Source of the DNA: Opitutaceae bacterium
GTDB lineage: Bacteria > Verrucomicrobiota > Verrucomicrobiia > Opitutales > Coraliomargaritaceae
Assembly: GCA_051252375.1 (NCBI GenBank)
Contig: JBPOFY010000007.1
Span: forward strand, 103,843 to 167,842
DNA: 64,000 nucleotides
Reading direction: 5' to 3'
The first letter of the stretch is position 1; every line of letters starts with the position of its first letter. The notes below the pieces were generated by a model. It was not told the DNA's origin. It was given only the letters and a program-made list of their open reading frames with translations, and searched no databases. Both the position numbers and the translations under genes were made by a program. Below are positions 1 to 8,862 of the stretch, in pieces.

Positions 1-1482
1 GTCGAGCGACTAGGCGAGCAAAACGGCTGGGAAGTTGTGACGACGATAGAGTCCTCTAGTCTAACCGCGCTCGATCTCAGCACTTTTGCAGTCATAGTCT
101 TTAACAACAACTGCGGCAACAAGGGCGCAGTGTTGAAGCCCACTGAACAGCAGGCTTTACAATCATACGTCCAAAATGGCGGAGGCTTCATCGGCGTTCA
201 TTGTGCCGGTGCACTGTGGAAGGAGGGCGGTGAGTTTCAATCTTGGTATGAGGGCTTGATCGGCACGACACTGGTGGACCATCCAAAAGTTCAAAAGGCA
301 CGCCTTGTAGTGGAAGATCGTAGTCACCCGGCAACCAGCCATCTGCCCAAAGAGTGGTTTGTGGTCGATGAATTCCACCGCTTTGGTTCCAACCCACGCA
401 AGAAGGTCAATGTGCTGATCTCCGTGGATGAGAATTCCTACAAAGGTAAACAGAAGATGGGGGGCGACCATCCATTTGTATGGTATCATGAGTATGATGG
501 TGGACGCTCTTTCTTTACTTCACTTGGTCACACGAAAGAAATTTACCGCAACCCCGACTTTGAAAGACTCGTCGAAGGCGCGATCATTTGGACAGCAGGT
601 AGAGATACTTCCGAGGCACCGCAAGCGGCAGTGAAAACAACTCAGGTTGATCTGCCAGTGACGGACGGTCTCTTACTCGATTTGGATGCCAATAAAGGTG
701 TTGAGGTCGAAGGCAAAAACCGCGTCAAAGCTTGGCATAACCAAGTCGAGGGCAACGCCGCAGATGTTTTCGTCAAGCGCGACGAAGGTCGCAAGATGAA
801 GGGCTCTGGACGCCCCACACTTAAGAAGAATGTAGAGGCAATCGGCGGGAACAATACACTGATCTTCGAAGAGCAGGAACTCATCAATATGGATGAAGAT
901 GCTTTCGATCACTTGGTAACTGGTAGTGGCTACACATGGTTCTCGGTGATGAGTGTCTATAAGCAACGTGTCGGCAAGAAGGATGTGAACTCCTTCTTCG
1001 GCAACTTGCGCAATGGCAATCCCTACGATGGTCTATGGGGCAATGTGATGGATGACAATATCGTCTGGATCGGCACTCGCAATGGCTTCCCAAGTAAGCG
1101 CAAAGGCAAAAAGAACAGCAATGGGCGTGGCACTCCCGGCTTGTGGGATGATGAACTGAACCCCTGCGTGCAAACTCAAGAACCGCTCACGGAGAATCGC
1201 TACTACATTATCATCGGACGTATGGGGGTAGGGGTTGAAATCGTGGACCTCGAACTTTTCATCAACTCAGCGACTGCGGTGGACAGCAAGCCAGTGCCGG
1301 TAAATCCGAAAGCAAATCCTTCTATGATGGCGGTGGGGCAAGAGCGCGACGCGACAAATCATCCAGGCAAGGAGTCCTTCCATGGAGAAATCGCTCGCTT
1401 ACTAATCTATGATCGTGCCCTCGGCGACGAAGAACTCAATCAAGTCATCGCTTCACTCATAGAGCGATATAACATTCGTTAA
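1..1482 (+). CDS. ThuA-like (class I GATase fold) domain plus C-terminal LamG/ConA-like domain protein; 5' end probably truncated by the window
   Basis: Frame open from base 1. ThuA-type motifs GGGFIGVH, HPATSHLP..W...DE, GGDHP..W..EYDGGRSFFTSLGH. C-terminal FHGEIARLLIYDRAL is LamG-like. Confidence 0.75.
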   Translation, partial: VERLGEQNGWEVVTTIESSSLTALDLSTFAVIVFNNNCGNKGAVLKPTEQQALQSYVQNGGGFIGVHCAGALWKEGGEFQSWYEGLIGTTLVDHPKVQKARLVVEDRSHPATSHLPKEWFVVDEFHRFGSNPRKKVNVLISVDENSYKGKQKMGGDHPFVWYHEYDGGRSFFTSLGHTKEIYRNPDFERLVEGAIIWTAGRDTSEAPQAAVKTTQVDLPVTDGLLLDLDANKGVEVEGKNRVKAWHNQVEGNAADVFVKRDEGRKMKGSGRPTLKKNVEAIGGNNTLIFEEQELINMDEDAFDHLVTGSGYTWFSVMSVYKQRVGKKDVNSFFGNLRNGNPYDGLWGNVMDDNIVWIGTRNGFPSKRKGKKNSNGRGTPGLWDDELNPCVQTQEPLTENRYYIIIGRMGVGVEIVDLELFINSATAVDSKPVPVNPKANPSMMAVGQERDATNHPGKESFHGEIARLLIYDRALGDEELNQVIASLIERYNIR

Positions 1483-1502
1483 CACCGTTGATACTAGTAT
1501 CC

Positions 1503-1533
1503 CGACTTAAGTAGAAGTTTAAGTCGCGTTTTT
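1503..1533 (+). terminator. Possible intrinsic terminator hairpin
   Basis: cgacttaa-8nt-ttaagtcg followed by cgttttt, just after the stop at 1482. Confidence 0.4.
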
Positions 1534-1641
1534 ACGTGGTGTTCAATTTACAGACTTCATCTAATATTCAGATAACCCCTTAAATTAGCACACCCGTGTC
1601 ATTATCTGTAAACAATAGTCGGAGCCCCATAATCGTTGAGT

Positions 1642-3081
1642 ATGCATAGCGTAGTCAGAATGCTTCTCTGCATTGCGATTAGCATTACGATGCTCTCCGC
1701 TGACGAGCGTCCGAATATCATAGTGATCATGGCAGATGACCTTGGCTACGCAGATCTAGGAAGCTATGGATGCAAGGACATACCCACGCCGCACTTAGAT
1801 AAACTAGCCAAAGAAGGCGTTCGCTTCACTTCCGGATATGTTACCTGGCCGATGTGCGGACCTTCGCGTGCCGGATTTTTAACAGGAAAACACCAGTCGA
1901 AATTTGGCTACTATGAGAATGTCTCGGCACCTTTTGATCCAAAGCAAGGACTGCCGAAAATGGAAACGATTGCCAGCTTGTTGCAAAAGCAAGGCTACGT
2001 AACAGGAGGCGTGGGCAAGTGGCACATGGGAACCACCGATGAGCAGCACCCCAATGCCATGGGCTTTGACGACTGGTTTGGATTTCTCGGTGGCGGCTTG
2101 ATGTATTTCCCACTCGACCACCCATCATACAAGGGACGTTTCACTCCTATCAAACGTCCTATTAACATGAAGTATCTCCAGCACACCATGCCGGTGATAC
2201 ACAACCGGGAACCAGTGGAGTGGGAGCAGTATCTGACTCGTGAATTGACTGATGCGGGAATGGCCTTCCTTGAAAGGAATCAGGCTAAACCGTTTTTCTT
2301 GTTCATGTCTTACAATGCCCCACACCTAGACCTTGAAGCTCCTAAAAAAACCATCGCTAAGTTCCCCGAGGATTCGATGACGAAGGTCCCTGGTGTGACT
2401 TCGAAGTCTCGATCTATTTATGGAGCCATGGTTTATGAATTGGATCAAGGCGTCGGGCAGTTGTTAGCACAAGTTGAGAAACTAGGTCTTAGTGATAATA
2501 CTGTAATTTGGTTCCTTAGTGACAACGGAGGGATGAAAAAAACAAGTGATAATCGCCCACTACGAGGCGCTAAAGGCCTAAGCTATGAGGGCGGTTTGCG
2601 AGTGCCCATGTTTGTTAAATGGCCCGGGAATACTTCAGTTGGGACTGTTCTCGACGCGCCTGTTACATCGTTAGATATCGGCGCGACTACGCTCGCGATG
2701 GCGGGAGGAAATCCTATCGCTGAAGGTCTCCACGGAAAAGACATTCGATCTTACATAACTCAGCGCACAAGCGACGCGCCACACGAAGTGCTCTATTGGA
2801 ATACTGCCCGAAACATGGACCCGGTGGGTGTGATGCGCGAAGGAGACTTTAAACTCATCATCAAGGAGGGCCGCACAGAGCTCTATAATTTAAAAGATGA
2901 CCTTGCAGAGACAACCGATTTGAAGGCATCTTATCCCGAGAAAGTCCAATCAATGCTTTCCCGCTGGAACAAGTGGGATCAGGACAAGAAACCGCCCCTT
3001 TGGACTAAAGGCAAAAATATTCAATACGCCGAATACGACTGGCTTATCGGCAGTCCGCATTATAACGATAAATCAGAGTAA
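1642..3081 (+). CDS. Formylglycine-dependent (Cys-type) sulfatase, secreted
   Basis: Signal peptide; PNIIVIMADDLG, CGPSRAGFLTG (CxPxR), GKWHMG, SDNGG, YEGGLRVP motifs. Start uncertain (1636-1660). Confidence 0.92.
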   Translation: MHSVVRMLLCIAISITMLSADERPNIIVIMADDLGYADLGSYGCKDIPTPHLDKLAKEGVRFTSGYVTWPMCGPSRAGFLTGKHQSKFGYYENVSAPFDPKQGLPKMETIASLLQKQGYVTGGVGKWHMGTTDEQHPNAMGFDDWFGFLGGGLMYFPLDHPSYKGRFTPIKRPINMKYLQHTMPVIHNREPVEWEQYLTRELTDAGMAFLERNQAKPFFLFMSYNAPHLDLEAPKKTIAKFPEDSMTKVPGVTSKSRSIYGAMVYELDQGVGQLLAQVEKLGLSDNTVIWFLSDNGGMKKTSDNRPLRGAKGLSYEGGLRVPMFVKWPGNTSVGTVLDAPVTSLDIGATTLAMAGGNPIAEGLHGKDIRSYITQRTSDAPHEVLYWNTARNMDPVGVMREGDFKLIIKEGRTELYNLKDDLAETTDLKASYPEKVQSMLSRWNKWDQDKKPPLWTKGKNIQYAEYDWLIGSPHYNDKSE

Positions 3082-3108
3082 ACACACCTTTTAGAATTCT
3101 ACAAAATT

Positions 3109-5217
3109 ATGAAAATACCCCAAACCACTCACTTCCTCTTCGGAGCCGCGATGGCAATGTCTGCTCTTTTCGCGAATGCACAGGAAGTCGTCTCTATTGA
3201 ATCGTTGTTAACGGAAATGATAGACCACGACTCTGTTGCCCGTTTCCCGGAAAAAGATTTCCGCTTAAAGCAGCACAGTAGTTACAATCGTGCCTCCAAA
3301 ACCCCAGATGACCCTAAGGGTTGGTTTAATAACAAAGACAACAATACGAGCCCTGAGCACGATAGCTTCATTCGGATCGAAGAGAATGATGGTCGCAAGG
3401 AGTGGGTATTAATGGACCATCAAGGACCCGGAGCGATAGTGCGCTCTTGGATGCCATGGCGTAGCAAATCTGCGGCGACTACGGATATCAACATGCGCAT
3501 CTATCTCGACGGTTCCGATGAACCGGCGCTTGAGGGCAACATGCTAAAAATGTTCGATGGCACGGGAGTGATACCATATCCTCTTGCCCACCAATCGTTG
3601 CGTTCGGCGGTCAATTTTTTCCCGATTCCTTATGCAAAGAGCTGCAAGGTGACAACAGATCAAATGCCGTTCTTTTTCATCTTCACGTTCCGTGAATACG
3701 ATGAAGGCACACCGATCAAGACTTTCACCATGGACGACTTTGAGGCGACCAAAGGCTTAACTGGAAAAGTCGGTCAGGCGCTATTGAATCCTGTAGCCTC
3801 TAATGCAAATGATGTTAACCGCTTTAGTGCGACGTTAGCGAGCCAGGAAGGGAAGTCGCTGGCTCTCCCCGCAGGTGAAGCAGCAGTTCGCGAGCTCACG
3901 GTGAAACTCGACGACTACTCGAATCCCGATGTCACTCGCCTTGTGATCCTGAAGATTGCATTCGATGGTAAAGAAACCGTCTGGTGCCCGATCGGTGATT
4001 TCTTTGGCTCTGGAATTGGTCTAAATCCCATGCAGGGCTGGTATCGGACTGTAGCCGAAGATGGCACGATGACTTGCCGTTGGGTCATGCCCTATAAAGA
4101 AGGCGGCAAGGTAACGCTGTTAAACCTAAGTGGTGCGTCAGTGAATGCTCATCTAGAAGTGAAGACGGGGGATTGGACTTGGGATGATCGCTCCATGTAT
4201 TTTCATGCTGGTTGGCGCGGACAATATCCGGTGGCGACCCGACCTTATTCAGATTGGAATTATGTCACAGTGCAGGGTCGCGGGGTCTACGTAGGTGACA
4301 CACTGACCGTCATGAATCCTGTCGAAAGATGGTGGGGCGAAGGCGACGAAAAGATCTGGGTCGATGGCGAGGACTTTCCATCCATGTTTGGCACAGGCAC
4401 TGAAGACTACTATGCCTACTCCTGGGGAGGGGTGAGCACTGATTTCTACGACCACCCCTTTCATGCACAGCCTCTAGCGCACAAGTGGAATAAGCTGAAC
4501 CGGAAGCCCGAATCTGAAAAGGGCACCCGTAACACGCTGGGCTACAGCGTGGAAACACGCAGTCGCTCATTGGATACCATGCCATTTAGTAGTTCGCTCC
4601 AATTGGACATGGAGGTCTGGTCATGGACTGATTGCGACATGGGATACGGGGTAGGCGCATATTGGTATGGCTTTGCGGATACCACCTCTAATCGTAAACC
4701 GGAACCAACAGAGGTGCTCAACGTGCCACCACTTCCCGAGGCGGAATCAGCAAAAGAGAAGGGGTCGGCTAATGTATTTAAGGGTGCCGTTGAAATTAAC
4801 AAAGAGCGCGTCGTTTCTAAGCCTGGTTCGATCACGCTAAAGCAGCAGGATTTGAAAGCATTGAAATTGAAGGGCACATGGAGCTTAGATGATCACCTAT
4901 TGCTCAAGAACGCAAAGCAGGGCGATGTCCTGGAGTTTAGCATTCCTGCATCGAGTCCAGTGGCTGAAGTGCTGACTTTGCATGCGACAAAATCCAATGA
5001 CTTCGGCATTCTACGCTTCACAGTAAACGGCAAGCTAGCCAAGGATGGGGTAGATCTTTACGCCACCAAGCCTGTTCCATCGGGAGCAATCAAACTCGGC
5101 ACGTTCGATCCAGTTAATGGCGCTTACCTACTGACAGTAGAAGTCGTCGGTAAAAACTCAAAGAGCAAGGATACCTTCTTCGGTCTCGATTGCATGACTT
5201 TGGTTGAAGCGAAATAA
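3109..5217 (+). CDS. DUF2961 / GH172-family glycoside hydrolase with C-terminal beta-sandwich domain
   Basis: Signal peptide; WWGEGDEKIWVDGE..PS.FGTGTEDYY and CPIGDFFG motifs typical of DUF2961. Confidence 0.8.
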   Translation: MKIPQTTHFLFGAAMAMSALFANAQEVVSIESLLTEMIDHDSVARFPEKDFRLKQHSSYNRASKTPDDPKGWFNNKDNNTSPEHDSFIRIEENDGRKEWVLMDHQGPGAIVRSWMPWRSKSAATTDINMRIYLDGSDEPALEGNMLKMFDGTGVIPYPLAHQSLRSAVNFFPIPYAKSCKVTTDQMPFFFIFTFREYDEGTPIKTFTMDDFEATKGLTGKVGQALLNPVASNANDVNRFSATLASQEGKSLALPAGEAAVRELTVKLDDYSNPDVTRLVILKIAFDGKETVWCPIGDFFGSGIGLNPMQGWYRTVAEDGTMTCRWVMPYKEGGKVTLLNLSGASVNAHLEVKTGDWTWDDRSMYFHAGWRGQYPVATRPYSDWNYVTVQGRGVYVGDTLTVMNPVERWWGEGDEKIWVDGEDFPSMFGTGTEDYYAYSWGGVSTDFYDHPFHAQPLAHKWNKLNRKPESEKGTRNTLGYSVETRSRSLDTMPFSSSLQLDMEVWSWTDCDMGYGVGAYWYGFADTTSNRKPEPTEVLNVPPLPEAESAKEKGSANVFKGAVEINKERVVSKPGSITLKQQDLKALKLKGTWSLDDHLLLKNAKQGDVLEFSIPASSPVAEVLTLHATKSNDFGILRFTVNGKLAKDGVDLYATKPVPSGAIKLGTFDPVNGAYLLTVEVVGKNSKSKDTFFGLDCMTLVEAK

Positions 5218-5243
5218 TCGACGCAAATACATGAAGTCACAGA

Positions 5244-5915
5244 ATGAATAGCATAAATCGATTTCTAGCATGTATACTGACATTACTGCTTTGCAGCGCA
5301 CTCACTAGTGCGTCAGCTGCGGCGCAACCCGTTCGTATTGCATGTGTTGGAGATAGCATCACTTTCGGTGCGACCATCAAAGACCGTAAGGAGCAGTGCT
5401 ATCCAACTCAACTGGGGCGCTTACTCGGAGAGGGTTATGTGGTTCAGAATTTCGGTGTAAGTGGCGCCACTTTATTGAAGGCAGGCAATAAGCCCTACTG
5501 GACAACCAAGCAATTCAAGCCAGCGCATGCGTTTAATCCAGACGTCGTTGTCATCAAATTGGGGACCAATGACTCCAAGCCTGACAACTGGCTCCATAAA
5601 GATGCCTTTGTGGGTGATTATTTAGCTCTGATTGAGAGTTTTCGATCATTGCCCAGCAAGCCAGTAGTTTACATCTGCAAGCCAGTCCCAGCCTATCCGG
5701 GCAACTTTAAGATTACAGACGTAGTTATCCGTGAAGAAGTTATGCCTTTAATTGAAGCGGTCGCCGAGCAGGCATCGGTTGAAATCATCGATCTTTACGC
5801 GGCTTTGAGTCATCGCGCGGAGCTATTTCCCGACAAAGTGCACCCAAATGCTGAAGGTGCGCGTATCATGGCTGAAACCATTGCTGCAATCGTCGCTCCG
5901 TCGAAGGTGGAGTAG
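5244..5915 (+). CDS. GDSL/SGNH hydrolase (carbohydrate esterase-like), secreted
   Basis: GDSIT, NFGVSG, KLGTND, DKVHP blocks; signal peptide. Confidence 0.88.
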   Translation: MNSINRFLACILTLLLCSALTSASAAAQPVRIACVGDSITFGATIKDRKEQCYPTQLGRLLGEGYVVQNFGVSGATLLKAGNKPYWTTKQFKPAHAFNPDVVVIKLGTNDSKPDNWLHKDAFVGDYLALIESFRSLPSKPVVYICKPVPAYPGNFKITDVVIREEVMPLIEAVAEQASVEIIDLYAALSHRAELFPDKVHPNAEGARIMAETIAAIVAPSKVE

Positions 5916-6002
5916 TCGCGATGCTTTGTGAATGATGCTGGCGACACTTTATAACGAAAAGTATCGCCCTAAGTGGCATTTCTAGAACACACTGCGCGCT
6001 TT

Positions 6003-7076
6003 ATGACTGCTTCCCCCGAAATAGAGCCAGCGCCGACTGCGACTACTACTCAATCAATTGAATCTAACTACCAAGCAGATGCGGAAGCTGAGGCTGCAGT
6101 GGATTGGCGTCCGATTGTTCGTCGCTACCAAAAACCTTGCTTGCGTAAGAGCACGTGGCAGATCTGCAATACATTCATACCTTATGTCGGGCTTTGGGCG
6201 CTGATGTTTTTCACAGCACAAGTTTCATGGTTACTGACTGGCTGTTTAGCCTTTTTGGCTGCCCTGTTTTTGGTCCGCGTCTTTATCATTTTTCATGATT
6301 GCGGACATGCTTCGTATTTTTCCTCAAAACGAGCGAATAATGTAATGGGGTTCATCAGCGGTTTACTGACCTTGACGCCTTATCGCCATTGGCGGTGGCA
6401 GCACGCGGTGCATCATGGCACTGCTGGCAACTTGGACGAGCGCGGCATCGGTGATGTCTGGACGATGACGGTTAAGGAATACAAAAGTGCATCATTGTTT
6501 CAGCGTATGCAGTATCGTTTTATGCGCCACCCGCTGGTTTTGTTTGGATTTATTCCACTAGGTTTATTTTGGGTATATCAGCGTTTTTCATATAGTAAGG
6601 CCAGCCGAGCTGATCGAAATTCTGTTTATTGGATGAACGGTGCGATAGCGCTTTATGTTGTCGGAATGGTCGCACTCTTTGGTTTTTGGCCGTTCTTTTG
6701 GATTCAAATGATTGTCACTGGCGTTTCAGGCGGGCTCGGGGTCTGGCTCTTTTACGTGCAACACCAATTCGAGGACACCTACTGGAGCAGCGGCGAAACG
6801 TGGGACTACACATCATCTGCAATGGAGGGGAGTTCTTACTACAGGTTGCCCGCTTTGCTAAATTGGTTTTCAGGCAGTATCGGATATCATCATATCCATC
6901 ACCTGAGTTCTCGTATTCCAAATTACCACTTGGCGGCTTGCCACCATGCGGAACCGTATTTCCAGCAAGTCCCCGAGTTGACTCTATCCACGAGTTTAAA
7001 ATCGATGAGCTTGCGTCTGTGGGATGAAGAAGCGAAAAAGTTGATCAGCTTCGGCGATCTTCGAAAGTCAGCTTAA
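6003..7076 (+). CDS. Membrane fatty-acid desaturase
   Basis: His boxes HDCGH, HAVHH, HHIHH plus TM segments; ATG at 6003. Confidence 0.9.
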   Translation: MTASPEIEPAPTATTTQSIESNYQADAEAEAAVDWRPIVRRYQKPCLRKSTWQICNTFIPYVGLWALMFFTAQVSWLLTGCLAFLAALFLVRVFIIFHDCGHASYFSSKRANNVMGFISGLLTLTPYRHWRWQHAVHHGTAGNLDERGIGDVWTMTVKEYKSASLFQRMQYRFMRHPLVLFGFIPLGLFWVYQRFSYSKASRADRNSVYWMNGAIALYVVGMVALFGFWPFFWIQMIVTGVSGGLGVWLFYVQHQFEDTYWSSGETWDYTSSAMEGSSYYRLPALLNWFSGSIGYHHIHHLSSRIPNYHLAACHHAEPYFQQVPELTLSTSLKSMSLRLWDEEAKKLISFGDLRKSA

Positions 7077-7082
7077 GGCACA

Positions 7083-7386
7083 GAGTGCGAAGTTAGTTTC
7101 GATATATCGCACTCGTTTTCATTGAGTTTCAACCAACCAAAAAGTTCCTCACCTGCCAAGGGGAGGTGTCTGCGCTTGTCGCAGACGAAGGGGTTATTCA
7201 TTAGTGCGCGTCCCTGAGAGGTCGCAACAAACCACCTCCTCGGCTTGCGCCGAAACTCCTCCTTTACTAGGGAGGAGAGCCAAACCCATCCCTTCATCGC
7301 ACACCACGGAATATGTCAAACTCACTTTGAGTCAGTGCGATGCCAGAGGCAACTGCGTTAACTATCGAAAGAATCGCACTCGTTTT
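7083..7386. repeat. Intergenic hairpin/REP-like cluster
   Basis: Hairpins gagtgcga/tcgcactc (7083-7114), gtctgcg/cgcagac (7168-7186), tcggc/gccga (7240-7253), ctcctcc/ggaggag (7256-7277); direct repeat atcgcactcgtttt at 7106 and 7373. Confidence 0.6.
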
Positions 7387-7443
7387 TATTCACAATGTAG
7401 AATTTCGTTTGCGATTTATCAGCGCATCGGACTACTTAGCACA

Positions 7444-8643
7444 ATGCGCACGATTTTATCTCTTTTCATTGTCCTCTTTAGTTTATCTACCACGGCTACA
7501 TTTTGTCACGCACAGTTAATTGATGCGGGAGATGTAACCGGACAACAGGGCAAGGGCGAGTTAGCCATCGCGGTAGACAGCAGCGATACATCGATAGCTC
7601 AGTTAGTGCGCCGTGCCTTCAGTCTGCATGGGGGTTGCGCTTTAACCACACCTGCGAATGCGACATTTGTGATTCAAGTGGATCCTGCTGGCAGTAATTC
7701 GGCGCTCTTAACCATCAGCTCGGGGCAACCCTTGCAAAAACAACTCAGCCGCGAAGTTGCCGGAACAGATCAACTAAATGCGGTGCTGCGTGCCTGCGAT
7801 ATGGCGGTTGAAGCAACTATGCGCTCAAAAGGATTTTTTGCCGGCAAGCTGGCATTTGTGGGCAAGCAACGTGGGGTTTCTGAACTCTACACAAGTGACT
7901 TACTTTTCAGCCGTGTTCGCCCATTGACAGCAGATCGCTCTTTATTGACAGGTCCAAGTTGGTCGAGCGATGGCCGTCGTATTCTTTACACGACTTACTA
8001 CAAGACGGGCTTCCCAGATGTGTATATGTATGACCTTGGCACTGGTCGGAAAGAGCCGATTGCGACTTTCAAAGGCACCAATACAGGCGGCGCGTTCAGC
8101 CCAGACAGCCGACGTATCGCTTTGACGCTTTCAGGTTCAGGTAATTCCGAGATTTATACTGCTAATACTCAGGGTAAAGATCTGCGTCGTTTGACTACGA
8201 ACAAGAGCCTAGAGGCTAGTCCAAGTTGGTCGCCTGACGGTAGTCGCTTGGTCTTCACATCTGATGCAGCGGGCAAGCCACAACTTTATGAGATTTCCGT
8301 AAATGGTGGACCCATGCGCCGCATCCCCACGAATGTGAGTAGCTATTGCTCAGAGCCTGCATGGAATCCGGTGAAGCAAAACTTGATCGCGTTTACCGCA
8401 GCGGTCAGTGGTGGATTCCAAATCGCACTCTACGATTCATCGAAGCGCAGCAGTAAGATTTTAACATCGGTCAATGACTCGGCTGTCGAACCCAATTGGA
8501 TGAACGATGGCCGTCACCTCGTCTTTACTCAACGCACCAAAGGGCGCACGCGCTTGATGCTGTTGGATTCCGAGACTGGTAAAGTCAGTCCATTGCATAC
8601 CCCGAGTTTTGGGGACGCGTCTTCGGCTAGCTTCGTTTACTAA
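7444..8643 (+). CDS. tolB: TolB-family beta-propeller periplasmic protein
   Basis: Signal peptide from ATG 7444 (MRTILSL); repeated PD40-type PSWSPDG / AFSPDS motifs. Confidence 0.8.
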   Translation: MRTILSLFIVLFSLSTTATFCHAQLIDAGDVTGQQGKGELAIAVDSSDTSIAQLVRRAFSLHGGCALTTPANATFVIQVDPAGSNSALLTISSGQPLQKQLSREVAGTDQLNAVLRACDMAVEATMRSKGFFAGKLAFVGKQRGVSELYTSDLLFSRVRPLTADRSLLTGPSWSSDGRRILYTTYYKTGFPDVYMYDLGTGRKEPIATFKGTNTGGAFSPDSRRIALTLSGSGNSEIYTANTQGKDLRRLTTNKSLEASPSWSPDGSRLVFTSDAAGKPQLYEISVNGGPMRRIPTNVSSYCSEPAWNPVKQNLIAFTAAVSGGFQIALYDSSKRSSKILTSVNDSAVEPNWMNDGRHLVFTQRTKGRTRLMLLDSETGKVSPLHTPSFGDASSASFVY

Positions 8644-8682
8644 CTAGAACCTTCTGCGTTTTGCGGCAGGTTCGGTAATGTG

Positions 8683-8846
8683 CTGCGGCGCTATGCGGAA
8701 ATTGCACCCTACCTTTGGCGAAAGGTGTAGCCACGGCACTCTGTGCCGTGTTTCGTCCCGTCACAGTAAAATCCTGTCCGCAAAACACCTCACAGAGTGA
8801 GTGGCTACAGGTTTTAACCAGGTAGGGCGCGAACTGCGTTTCGCGC
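8683..8846. repeat. Cluster of GTAG-type REP-like palindromes (BIME-like)
   Basis: tgtagccacggcactctgtgccgtgttt (8726-8753) is inverted to aaacacctcacagagtgagtggctaca (8783-8809). Flanking GGTAGGG-type units at about 8683-8713 (-) and 8821-8846 (+). Confidence 0.7.
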
Positions 8847-8862
8847 AATATGACGCGCCGCC

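Noticed and set aside
1490..1530. IS end at the gatactagtatc palindrome
   Set aside because: No convincing partner inverted repeat or transposase remnant.
7204..7443. N-terminal extensions in the ORF track (tolB; likewise PhoD-like, nuoM, DUF192, DUF4032-like)
   Set aside because: They run through repeats or overlap neighbouring genes; downstream ATGs give proper signal peptides or family starts.
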